Below are positions 12,810 through 24,306 of a stretch of DNA of 64,000 bases, piece by piece. The notes below the pieces were generated by a model that was not told the origin of the DNA, did not search any database, and worked only from the letters and a program-made list of their open reading frames with translations. This DNA comes from Marsupella aquatica (Eukaryota > Plantae > Marchantiophyta), in assembly GCA_973895155.1 (NCBI GenBank), contig OZ316895.1, forward strand, positions 9,288,184-9,352,183. Direction: 5' to 3'. How positions within the stretch are numbered: the stretch's first letter is position 1; the number at the start of each line of letters is the position of its first letter. The position numbers and the translations under genes are program-made.

Positions 12810-13640
12810 TTACAAAGTAGGACGTCCACTAGATACAACGGAAGTAACAAAAAGCAAGCTACATGAGAACCTCGAGCTTGTTTGAAGGACAAACCAAGCC
12901 CACCCCAGGCATGCATGAGGTACATGTAACACTTGAAAGGACGTGTTGATAAATAACACTCCAGCATGTACCACAAATGGGAAGTGATTGTCCACATTTA
13001 CAAGTGACCAAAGAGGAAACAATGTTGATCTCAGAATCACAAGCCAGGGCATCCATGGCCCCTTTAACCACATAAAGATCATGCTACATGGGCCAAACCA
13101 CAAGGCAAAGGCAAAAGTCAAATCCAACATCTCCAATTGGATAACCCCACAATGCCTTGAATGACTCAACCCTTCCTACAGAATAGAAAGAAAGGTCATC
13201 ACTCTTCAATTGAAGATTCAAAAGGAAATTTTGTCCTTCAAATAAGCTAAAGAAAGTAGTAAATTTTTTTGCAAAGTTGATAAGCTGTTGACAGAAAGTT
13301 CTCACTGTTGTATACGAGCTTTGTGGAGATTGAAAAGAAATGTACAAAATTATTTGGATACCAATGTGCAGAGCAAAGGCTGGTTTGGAGGCTGGTTTGG
13401 AGGAAGGTTTAGGGTTTAGGGTCTCCTTCCCTGAGACTAAGGAAGGATGGGGCTGATACAAAGTCTCAGGGAAACAACAAGGGTAGCAGTAGCAAAGGAG
13501 AGACTAAGGAAGGATGGGGCTGATACAAAGTCTCAGGGAAACAACAAGGGTAGCAGTAGCAAAGGAGAGACTAAGGAATCAAAGTCAACATCAGAGTGAT
13601 CAATAGGCAGAGAAACTGGAGGAGTCGCATAAAAGCTAGT
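12810..13640 (-). mobile_element. Possible decayed LINE ORF1 (DUF4283-like) remnant
   Basis: Frameshifted fragments (FKALWGYPIGDVGF, WLKGPW) loosely resemble plant L1 ORF1. The resemblance is weak. Confidence 0.25.
13433..13578. repeat. Perfect tandem duplication, 67-bp unit x2.2
   Basis: gagactaaggaaggatggggctgatacaaagtctcagggaaacaacaagggtagcagtagcaaagga starts at 13433 and 13500, with a partial copy at 13567. Confidence 0.95.
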
Positions 13641-14853
13641 AGATGTTAGAACACCTACTTTCTGACCCCTAACTCACAACAAGATGCCTCATTTGGCCTG
13701 CTGGCCGGGGGCTAAACTTCCTTGCCATCTACCTACCACTTCTTGCTGGTGTTCAATTCCTGTCAGCAAAACATGACTTGTGATGTATTGAATCAGGGCC
13801 TTCATGCAGTAAGAATTCTCAAAGAAAATCTAAAGATCAGCGAAGTGACCCAATTCTGTGGAAACATGGCACCAGGCTCTGATCATGACGGACTGTATGA
13901 CCTGCAATGATCATGAGAATTTCCTAAGAAGCTTTTCTTCACGAGAAAAAATAACCCCTGGACATTTTTAGCAAAACTGAAGACAATCTTCAGACTTCTT
14001 GTGTGCTCAGATACTTCTTGTTTGAATATATCATGGGTAATCAAGCGAAGGCTTGTATGCATCACATCAGTGCAAACAGGAAAACTAGGTGGAAATCATA
14101 GTCAAAATTAAATTGGAATTGAATCCAATTGAATAAGATTGGAAAAGACAGGAAATTAGTTAGTAACAAAGAAGCCTAATATGAAATTCCGAGTCCATTT
14201 TAGCAACAGTACTCTGGGTAGACTCATTATTTCTAGGGTAGTTTATATGCTTACTAAGGTCACCATTTATTAAACAACACCCTTGTCAGATATAATAATT
14301 ACAGAATGACTCACAATGTAAATTTTGAATGTTTTCACCCCTTGTTGAGTGATCTAATCACACATTTTTATTTGTAACTAATTGCAAAATTTACTTCCAT
14401 ATTAAAATGAACAAGCAACATGTATTTGGAAATTAAACCAAGGCTTTATTCCCTATGAGTACGTAACTCACAACATTTCCAAATATACACTCAGAATGGA
14501 GTGTGAGGGAAAATGTGATTCAAGAGGGAAAACGTTTTGCACTAAGATATAGAAAGGCAAAAAATTAATCAGGATGAATTAGTTTGGTAAACTTAGGGTA
14601 ACGGAAGATATATAGGGTGCAAAAATTCAATAATTTGGGTATTTTGAGGTCCGCAGAAAGGGGGTTAAAGACACAATCATACACATAAATAATGATATGT
14701 TGTAAAATGTGGGTAAAATGGAAGAAACTTGAATACTTGTGATTTCAAGTAGTTTTCTCTAATAGAGGTGCATTCATAAATTGTTTGCAACTCCCATGAG
14801 ATGACTTGGTCTACGTTTGTCTCTCCCAGAGTCAGAGAGCACATAACACGTAC

Positions 14854-15043
14854 TGAATCCATCTTCCATAAGATAGTTGAAGGTGTGCCGGTCGCTAGTG
14901 TAGGTAAATTTGTTGTCATTGGCAGGTAACTTCTGTAAACACTGAAGCGCAATTGTACTAAAGTGTCCAGAGCACGCAGTGTACTCCGCGAGAACGACAG
15001 TGCCCCGTGCCACAAAGCTGTAAATCAGCGAATTCGCACCCAT
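14854..15043 (-). pseudogene. VAMP72: First coding exon (longin-domain N-terminus) of a VAMP72-type R-SNARE; no further VAMP exons found
   Basis: [63 protein letters not shown] closely matches the plant VAMP721/722 N-terminus. The 190-nt exon ends at a phase-1 donor (A|gtacgt). I found no RQIP..FLE, SNARE-motif or TM exons in 10300-14850. Confidence 0.8.
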
Positions 15044-15559
15044 GGCGATCTACAACTCGAAACAACCGTTCCTCCCACAGAAAGAAACCCTTCGGTACTT
15101 CCCTGCCACCGCAAAAGGTGACAGAGATTTCGGTCCTCAGTCGATTGAGCCGCAATTTCCCTCCTCCCGTTCCTTTCTTCGCTTCCTCTCATCCGCCTTA
15201 CGGTACCCTGTCTTAGTACGATCTCCACAAGTCCATCCATTCCCTGCAATCTGCCAGGATAACCAGATACCCTTCTCCACAGGAGGAAAGACGTAGCTAT
15301 ACAGCGCACGATGGCAGATCGGGAGCAGGGAAGGAAATTCGAATGCTCCTTAGTCGTTGCCACGAGAGGGGAGAGGAGACGCTTTGTCTCTTTCCAATCG
15401 CTGGTGCATTTGTGTTTCTTTTGCCGTTCTCGCGTTACGTCGTGCGTACCGCGTCCACATAGTGTGTATTGTGAAGCGCATTCCTCGTTTCCGCGACTCT
15501 TTCCTTCCTTCCTGTCAAATATAGCCCTACTTTCCCTCTAGCTACGCGCTTCTGCGCGA

Positions 15560-16965
15560 TCACTTACAACACCTGCCGTTCCCGTGAAGCAATGAACATG
15601 ACCAAGGAAGGAACACGGAGACGTTGGAGAACAGTGCCTAAGATGTTTTAAAGCACAGTGCGTAGGTCTCCCTTCCTACCTCCGTCCTGCTTGGGCCTGC
15701 CGCATCTTAAACATGGACATCGGTCTAGACTCCAGAGCTGCTTCTTCAACCTTTGGCAGAACAAAATGCCAGTCCAGATATTACCTCACTTAGACATGTA
15801 CCTTCCAAATTTTGCACAATATTCTGTGAAAATAAGAAACGCTTGCATTTGGAACGGGCTCTCAATGTAGACTGTCTGACAAGGTCATTCCATCAAGTCC
15901 CCAAACAATAGTGAATTCGTTCTCATGTGAAGGTTTTCGTGATAGATACACAGAGGTTAGATGATTCCTTGTCCCTACATTCACTTACTCTTAAAAAAAA
16001 GTTGCATGGTTGAAAGTCTACACCTTCAGGCAGAATCCGTCAACAAATTACGAACATCAAACAGATAGCAAGCACGTGCCCCAAATGGAAGAACTGAGAG
16101 AAGATCAAGTATCGAGCAGGATGACAAATATTTTCTAATCTTCACCTGTTGTTCGCTGGGAATAGCTGGCTCTGCAGAACTGCGTTCTGTGACTTTTCCA
16201 GTAAACGCCTGCAACAAAGTGATTCTGCTGTGAGCAAGGGACCAAATCAAGCTTGCTGAAAGGAAGGACATGGAGTAACCTCTACAGTGCACAATGATTT
16301 TGTGTTGCTCGCAATTCAAGGTTTGTAAGTGTTTAGACCCGTTAAAAGACGATGAAAGCTTCAAGCCTCAATTTTACATGGTAGACTGTAATTAGCAATT
16401 GGAGATGGCGATGACGAGTGCAAAAGCGTAAGCGCGCAGCTGAGAAGGAAGCATGAAAATACCTTCAGCTGTCCTGCTGCAACGTCACCCGTAGATTGGA
16501 CGTTGTTGCGGTCACTCGAAGGAGAACCAGAGTTCTTCACTTCGCCAGCATGCTTCCCTGCAACCACAAGCCTTTTTTTAAGCGGAAGGTATACCTCATG
16601 TACATTCATTTACAGCATCAGCGCGCGCCCCCCACGCAACTTCTCCAATCCTCTGAGCATATAGTTCTCAAGATTTCTCTCGGAGCGTGACAGATTTTAT
16701 ACAATCAGGCCTGCAACGTCTGGGAGGTGCATTATGCGGAGATCGCTAAAAGGGTCATGCACATTAGGGTATATCAAAGTCTACACTGAACAATACGATT
16801 AAACCAGAGCGACCCTTGAAAGAGCACACACCTTTCTGATCGGCCCCTTCTCTTCTCCATTCTTGAAGTTCCTTCAATGTTGAAAGCCAGAATTCGACAA
16901 AACGTAGTGAGCATTACCTCTTGTTGCCAAACTGTGGGAAGCCAAACTCTCTCCAAGAAGAACCT
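15560..16965 (-). pseudogene. Decayed multi-exon gene fragment, product unknown
   Basis: A chain of short AG/GT-bounded segments translates to protein-like pieces (FFLERVWLPTVWQQE, ELQEWRREGADQK, LIV*NLSRSERNLENYMLRGLEKLR, GKHAGEVKNSGSPSS.., AFTGKVTERSSAEPAIPSEQQ). It contains in-frame TAA/TGA stops, a likely frameshift and some very short introns. Confidence 0.35.
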
Positions 16966-17377
16966 GAACTATCACCATGAGCCACATACCAGACGCAAGC
17001 AATAAAATGAGCAATAGTCTGCTCATGTAAACCAATCCATCAAGATCTTGACTAGAATATCGGGTACAGCTCATTTAGTAGAACCCGCCTCATTGCAATT
17101 GAGTTGCTCAAGTTTACATTTAGCTTGATCCAACTTGATTGTGTGGATTGTGTCTTGTCTTGTGAGTGGATTGCTGGATTTTCTGATGTTACTCATGGGG
17201 GCCTCCAAATGCTTCTCTGACACGAAAACACAAATGAGAAAAGTCTGGTTTTTTCACTGGCCATTTACCGACTAGCAATTTTAAGGTAAAGCCTATAAAG
17301 TAGCAAGTTCGTAAGTTTCCATGTGTTGTGCAAAGTTCATGGATCGTAAGAGAACTAATGATAATGTTCAGTGACAA

Positions 17378-18508
17378 ATGTTGGATCTCTTCCAATCTTT
17401 GACTCTCCTGCAACACGTCATTTGGATTTGGTTGAGTTAGGGTAACCAGTGCCAGGTTTGTGCCTCCCATTCAGTAGTGGAGTATATGCTCAATCTTGTC
17501 CTTCTCATATTTGTTTGACAAATCCAAGCTACTCTCAATGAATGTGTCAAATTGACCTCCTCCATCATCAAGGATAGGATTTGTCCCCTCCCCTCGTGCC
17601 AATCCTCCTTAACGAAGTCCAGTTGTCATGACCCATTGTTGATTATGGGCTTGCATGGTGGGCCAACAGCAAATTCCACTGGAGGCTGGTCAATCTTACA
17701 TGCATCCAAGGCACCATCGGTGCACCAACATTTACCAAACCAAGTATCAAACATGGGAGGGTCGGATGAACCGTTCACAGTGTCACTGCATGATTGGAAC
17801 TTGTACTTGGGGCGATCTCTCGTCTATTATTGATAGCAATTCTGGCTGATGCTCGTTGAGCAGCCCTTGCTTCACGGTGAAGCTGCCTTCTACTATTTGC
17901 ATGGCCACATGCCAAAATTGGTCATAAACTTGTCCCCTCAAGGGAGGCCAATGATGTTGTTGGAGTCTACCGTGATGCCCTTGCTTCAAGCCACAGTTGT
18001 CAGCCACTAGCTCTGCGGGCTGATGACACATTGGCGCGGCACCTGAGGCACTTGGTTCATCTGGTACCAAAAGTGCCGCACTTGGTGAAATGCTTTTTTC
18101 CACCACAGGAGGACCCACACTTGGTGTGGCACTTGGTTGTGGCACCTAGTAGAAAAAGGTTACACACCGGTAATCTTTCTTCCTGACAGGAATTACGTGC
18201 TGCAGGGGCTGGCCATAGCAGCCAGGGCAGGAGTTTGCAAGCCGTTGCAGGGGCGACCAAGGTTGGGAGCCATAGAGGGCAAGCCATGGAGGGCGCCTCC
18301 TGGCGAGCAGATCCAGGGGCGAGCAAGGCCAGGCGACCGAGACAGTCCCTAGAGGCGACATTTTTTGCCTGGCGAGCAAGGCAAAGGCACACAAAACCAT
18401 TGAACAGCCAACAAAAAAGTCAAATAATCTAACCGCCATGCATGACTCCTGCCCATTGCTCATTTGGTAGACGAACGAAGAGTAGAAAAGCGTGATTATA
18501 GTGTTTAG
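17378..18508 (-). mobile_element. Internally deleted, degenerate relative of the Helitron at 32560-40449
   Basis: 17378-18147 aligns by eye with ~37240-38090 (e.g. ttggatctcttccaatcttt..tttgtgcctcccatt; agcagcccttgcttcacgg). 18417-18508 aligns with the Helitron 5' terminus at 40348-40449 (caaataatctaaccgccatg...acgaacga...ttatagtgtt). The 3' CTAG end was not located. Confidence 0.8.
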
Positions 18509-19246
18509 TATATATATGCACTAACAATTTAGATATCAAATGCATATACAATACACTTTAGTCATGAAATGCACCCTGGCACCCCTCCTGCCAGGCTGAT
18601 GAGATCCCCATTTCAAAGGCAATTTGACTGCTTTTGAAAGCATGCAGTGAGGGAGGGAGTTGAGAGCAGAAGTGGGGAGAAGTGAACCAATGGGATGTGC
18701 GCAAGGAAAAACATAGTTACATCCACCCCACATTGCTTATGATTGTCTCCCTTCTGACAAATTGCATTTAAACTTCTCTCCCCACCCTCCGTTTTTCTTT
18801 CTATACCCTCTAATTAAAAAAAAATCTTTCCCCAACCCCTCCATCCTAGGTTTCTTCGATTACATCAATAGAGGAATGTCGTCGCTAGTAAGTAATGATT
18901 GCCACTTCAAATCAGAACTGCAAAGTGCATACTGTCAGTAGTCCAGATTTTCTGTAACAATTATCCCATCAAAGGATATGTACATTTCTGTAATGCTTCA
19001 TAGCTCTTTCTGACTGCCATAATAGCTATAGGACAATCCAATTTCTCTCTCTAGTGGAAGCCGCTAAGAATGAAGATTTTACCTTGAACCATCCAGTGCC
19101 TGCTCTGGTGATATTTGGCGAGAGATCAAGAACCAAACAAAAGGAAAGAAACCATGTAACTACTTCAGAGAACGATCAGCAGAAGACCTATCTCACTTTA
19201 TGAGCTTCCTCGTAAAAACCAAGAGTTTTGTTGCTGGTTCTGCCAC

Positions 19247-22200
19247 TCATGCCACTACCTCCTCGGTATGAATAGGATCATAATTGTATTTTAGCATTTT
19301 TGATTCGGAGAAATTTCCAAAATTGCTCAGATTAGAATATTCTCCTTGAGTCTGCAGGCAAGGGAAGACATGAGAAAGAATAGTGAAAGAAAAGCCTTTT
19401 AAAAGCTACCGAACCATTCATCATAATAAATCCAAGTACTGAAGATACCTCCACTTCTAGCAAAGTGAAATGTCTTACAAAAGTTAATACCTTCGTCAAG
19501 GACTCTTCAATGATTTGAGGAAGCTTGAGAGGTTCATCCCTGTTGCAAGTCTCGAAATTATTAAGAGATACTTAGCCTGTGCAAAAAACGACAACGCTCA
19601 TGCACTGATACCAAAAAACTAGATGGCTATGTCAACAAATAACCACATATGTCGCCGTTTCAATTTGATTGCCTTCAAATCGTTGAGTGTGATTAGCAAA
19701 GACTAGATCACATCATCTTCAGCCCAACACCCGCAAATGATGAAATTTAGCATTGTCGTTGGAAGTACCATTGGGGTTGCATAAATACGGCAAATGAGTT
19801 TCGCTCCACTCCAAGAATTCCTTGTCTGGGGGCCTGACCACAAGATTGCTGATTAGATCTTTGAATTTGTCTCTTCTAGATAGCCAACAATTCTGTCTCC
19901 CTCTTACCCATCTCCAGCACTCGGACAAAGACTGTACAACTCACTGACGCTTGAACGTGATAAAATTGGCATCTGACATTCAAGAATACCTATGGAGGGT
20001 GAGAGTCACCTCAACGTTGAAGCCTGAAACTTTTATTTAATCTAGTTTACTGCCACTACCACCCGTTTGAACTATTTCAGCTAATACCATGAATGAGAGC
20101 ATTCAATACAACGAAAGAGAGAAGGATTCTTGCAAGAACACTAGCTGGTCAAATAGGCATTTCACAAGGATGATGTGATGTGCTTTTCATTTACTCAATG
20201 GTAAATGAACGAAGCTTTGCATGACATTACTTTGTTTTCGAATGCACACCACGAATTAAGGTTTATATCCAGCTGGCACTTACACCGCACACTTGATCAG
20301 TGTAAGATCCGCTTTAAACCCGTGTTAAATCTCAGGTGTAATTGCAAGAAAATGATACCATTAGAATTCATGATAAATCACTAGATGCCAAAGGAGAAAT
20401 GAAGGACAAGGCGGAGCCTTTTCTAGTGGGAGCATGTTTACAGACATTAATATTTTCTGGGAACAAGTTAGTAAATGTGGACCATCATATTTGTGTTTGG
20501 GTATTACCTTGACACAATGTGGTGTGGCGTGAAACAGACCCCCTGAAAATATCTCTGTAGTCTCACCCAGTTGAAATGCAAGATAATCAGCATTGTAGAC
20601 CGCCTGCAACAATAAGTTGGCGTCAACAGTGTAGTCGGGTGTCCAAGGAACAGCATTTTTCGCTTGAAGAGATAAGATGTAACGGAAGGCCCTAAGAACT
20701 CTCTCAGGGATGTTCCTCCAATTGTCATCATTTATCTCAGCGCACCCTGCAATTTGTTGCCAATCGTTTTCATAATGGATAAAGTAAACAAATATTGGGG
20801 CTGGCCCAGTCCCCGCCAGTTTGGGTGAGGGATGAAAGAGTGGCTCCACACCTTCACCACTTTGCCTTCGCGATTTTCAATATAAAGGCCTGCTTCGGGA
20901 TCTGGGGAAGGAACTTCTACGCCTCCCTTAGTATACATGGCACATGTTAGACCTGTGTATGACACAAATGACAATATGGCGTGAAATTCAACGATGACTC
21001 AGGTTTGATGCAATTTTAGTAGGTTAAGAATATTAGTTTCCACAAAGTTTTTGGTTGTCAAGACTACCGCCAACTCCTATCCAAGCAAGACAGCACCCAT
21101 CTACTAGACACCCACTTGCTAGATTTGGCATGGAATACTAGCCTACACTCAAAGTTCGTAATTCCCAGCTGCCATAACCCAGAGAAAGACGGGAGAAGCC
21201 GAAACAAGAGACTACCAAGATAGAAGTTCTGGAGCTTCAAACCTTGAGCCTGAAGTTACTTCCAAGTTAGCCCAACACCTACACTGGATTTATTAACCAA
21301 AGCTCCATACAGAGCATGCCTTCGTACAAAGGATTTGAAGTCACTACTGCAATTAAATTTGAAAATTACCCGTAAGAGATCCAATATCACGATGCCATCC
21401 GCACCAGCTTGACAAATCCTCATCTCCATGACTAAAGACAAGCAGGAAGCTGTTAGTGGTCATCTTTTACCCCTGAGCTGCTGCTCTGTGAAGGTTAACA
21501 GAAGAAGCCGGAAAACTTTCAAGATATTGGAACAAATTATGCCTTGCATAATGCAACGATGATCATAATTGAGACCTGCCAAAATTTGGAAAATAATGCA
21601 GTAGCCTTCCTTTGTGGCACTGTGACCGTCGCAATATCCTCTCTAAGGATTCTACTTCTGCCGAGGGAATCCTGCTGGAAACTGCAAATCACATTGAATT
21701 TCCATTGATTACCAAGTGATAGTATTGAAACCAACGTACATAGTAGTACAGTGAAACAGAAACTCATGACGTATTGTAACAATTATTATACAATGGAAAC
21801 TAGGGCATACTCTTGCTACATACACCAATAGAGAAATTGCTCAAAAGTGGAACTTAAAGAAATTACTGAACTTTCTAGGTATGTGACAGAGACCCACCAT
21901 ACTTGTCACAGTGATACGCCAGAAGGAAACCCACTTCGATAATCACTGATCCCAATTCCTTCATAGCTGGAATATTATCCCCAATTTGACATGTCATGGA
22001 GTAACAGAGTACATTTCAGCCTAAAAAATGCAGATATCCAAAGCAACTAACCTAGTTAATGTTCTAGGAATGAATTAGGCTTAAGTATTTAACTACAATA
22101 ATGTAAGAGGGGGGTTTGTTAGGTCGTACTTGACTCAAGTTCTGGTAGGTGCTCTTTCGGCCACAAATTATTTCTGCATTGAGTTGGATACCTGAGACAA

Positions 22201-24306
22201 GTTTTCAATAGTTTTAGAACCTCACACAAGCGCAAGATTTTGATGTACGTCTATGAAAACAGATAGGAACGCATTTGTACAAACCCCTGCCATCTTCAAT
22301 TGTTTAAGTTGCTTGTGTGAGGCATAAGTAATGCACACTTTTGACATGCTCATGAAGTAGTTATACCAAATCATTGGCTGCGCAAGGCCAGAACAGCACG
22401 GCTCTGTTTTCCGGCATATATATGGAGACCATGTCAATTTAAAAGCTCCTATCATGGCCAACAGTTCTTTAAGCACATACAGAGGCAAGAAATAAAACGA
22501 CGCACCAACCTCAAGACCTAGAACAAATACTCATCAATTTCAAGATGTGTGAGGCCAACCTTTCCATCAGCATAGTGCTGGTAGTGGGTATATCCTTGCA
22601 TAGATTAGCATAGAAAGATCCTTTCAGCTGATCTGCAGATATAACATCAGACGCTTGTGATAGATCAACTGATGCATCCTTTTCTGTGCTGCTACCGGAG
22701 GTTACCAACCACCAACAGGCCAAGAAGAAACAAAGATGAAACCAACACTTTACAAAACACGTGTGTTTCTGCATTAGGATACCAAGCTATACCAATAATT
22801 CATTTAATGAATAATTTGATGCCACACATGCAGATTCTATGCCGGTAACACTAAGTAAAGACAGACATACAAATGCATAGGGAAAGCTATGTAACATTTG
22901 GTGATCTTTTCGCAAATGCATGTGAGAGAAATACAATTAAGTAAAAAACTTGACGATTAGAGTGGGGTAGTTTAGTTTGTTGTCTTGCAGTGGGGATTTA
23001 GAGGCTTCAACCAAACTCACCAGGTCTACCTGTCTCGAGCTTTTCTTTTCCATGGCTCCATCCAAAAGAATACCTGCATGATGATTAAGAAGTCACATAA
23101 GAGACTTCTCCACATCTTCCAGAGATGAAGAAAAAAGGCTCTTAATAACTTAGCTCGATCTCTTACGTGAAGTTTCCGTAAGATGCTAAATTAATTACCT
23201 GCTCGGAGGATCTTCAAGTTGCTTTCTGACATCTTCTGGAAGGGTCGCAACTCTGCCATATATCACAATTGTCTCAGTTCTCCATTTTCCATCTTTATGG
23301 CGTGCACATGAGCCGGAAGGAACAGTTCACAGGATACTCTAAGTATACCGTAAACAACCGAAGGTCCCAAAATTAGGCTGACAGCTCAATTGTGCTACTT
23401 TATAAAACAAAAGAACGAAGGCTCTGACTGTAGGACTCGACACAAGTGTACTACCGAAATACGTCTGCTACCTTTGTGCTAATGGTAGTAGCTTCTTTCG
23501 TAGTTGTGCATACCCAGGGACCTGTCCAATTTCAATCCACTGTCAAACGGTCACGACATCCTCGCAATTTGTACAGAAACTGGGCCGGTAGTGGTCATGT
23601 TTACACTCATATTTCGAGACGATTGTCTCTAATTAAAATTCATTTCACATAAGACGTCTTACCAACAAAGACATGGCTGCAGCAGAAGGAAAGCCTCAAA
23701 TTAATAAACAAATCCTGTATACGAGAGGGATAACAACTACAATAGAAGAATCTATGTACACCTGGATCTTTGATTAGACTTCTGGCATGCGGATCTCAGA
23801 TACACAGTGAAGAACATGAGACCATTATAGCTCATGAGACCATTATAGCTCATGCCAATACAGACAACGAAATCAAATCTGCCCAAACTAATTGAACATG
23901 CATGTCTATTTGTCCAAAGCATTTGAAACGATCTCGAAATCTGGGCATATCAGAAAGACCATGTAAGGAAGAGAAAACACACAGGAGAAAGGCCGTAGAA
24001 CAAGCAAGGTCGAGCAAATTTGGAAAGGTGATTACCGTACATTTGTGATGGCAATTATGCCCAGCCCGGATGGTCCAAATCCGGCTTCCAAACTCTCAAA
24101 AAGATCCAAGCTCTCATTCTGTTGCAATTCACAAAACAGGATTCGGAAATAAGAATCAGCTCTAGACACGACGGACACTGAATCAGCAATTCAGGCGAAT
24201 AAGAACATCACGAGACCAGTCGGTGCATTACCTTGAGGTCGGCGTAACTGAGCGTGACAACAGTCTCGGAGCACGGCACAGTTTGCCTAGATACAATTTC
24301 TGTCAT
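19247..24306 (-). CDS. 2-oxoglutarate/Fe(II)-dependent dioxygenase superfamily protein (Arabidopsis At4g13400-like), 15 exons, 365 aa
   Basis: Exons: 24306-24232, 24118-24041, 23521-23472, 23252-23199, 23073-23021, 22632-22560, 22191-22130, 21966-21898, 21681-21576, 21431-21370, 20952-20852, 20603-20508, 19833-19769, 19539-19491, 19351-19247. All introns are GT-AG and phase-consistent; total 1098 nt. Motifs: GFGPSGLGII, YSFGWSHGKEKL, KGSFYAN, WCGWHRDIGSLTG (HxD), ATPHCV (distal His), ERNSFAVFMQP (RxS). Confidence 0.92.

Noticed and set aside
13408-13422. TTTAGGG telomere-like repeats (also near 3298)
   Set aside because: Only about two units, too short to call an interstitial telomere.
14774-14853. 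Read-through of the VAMP ORF ([12 protein letters not shown]...) as a continuation of the longin domain
   Set aside because: A canonical donor sits at the expected exon end, and similarity collapses into a stop within ~26 codons.
15538-15558. CTAG plus GC hairpin as the 3' end of the deleted Helitron
   Set aside because: The hairpin is only 3 nt from CTAG, the flanking base is not T on the element strand, and it does not resemble the intact element's 3' end.
5782-24306. PPO plus 2OG dioxygenase as a biosynthetic gene cluster
   Set aside because: Only two oxidases, no scaffold-forming enzyme, and the dioxygenase belongs to a broadly conserved family. Proximity alone is insufficient.
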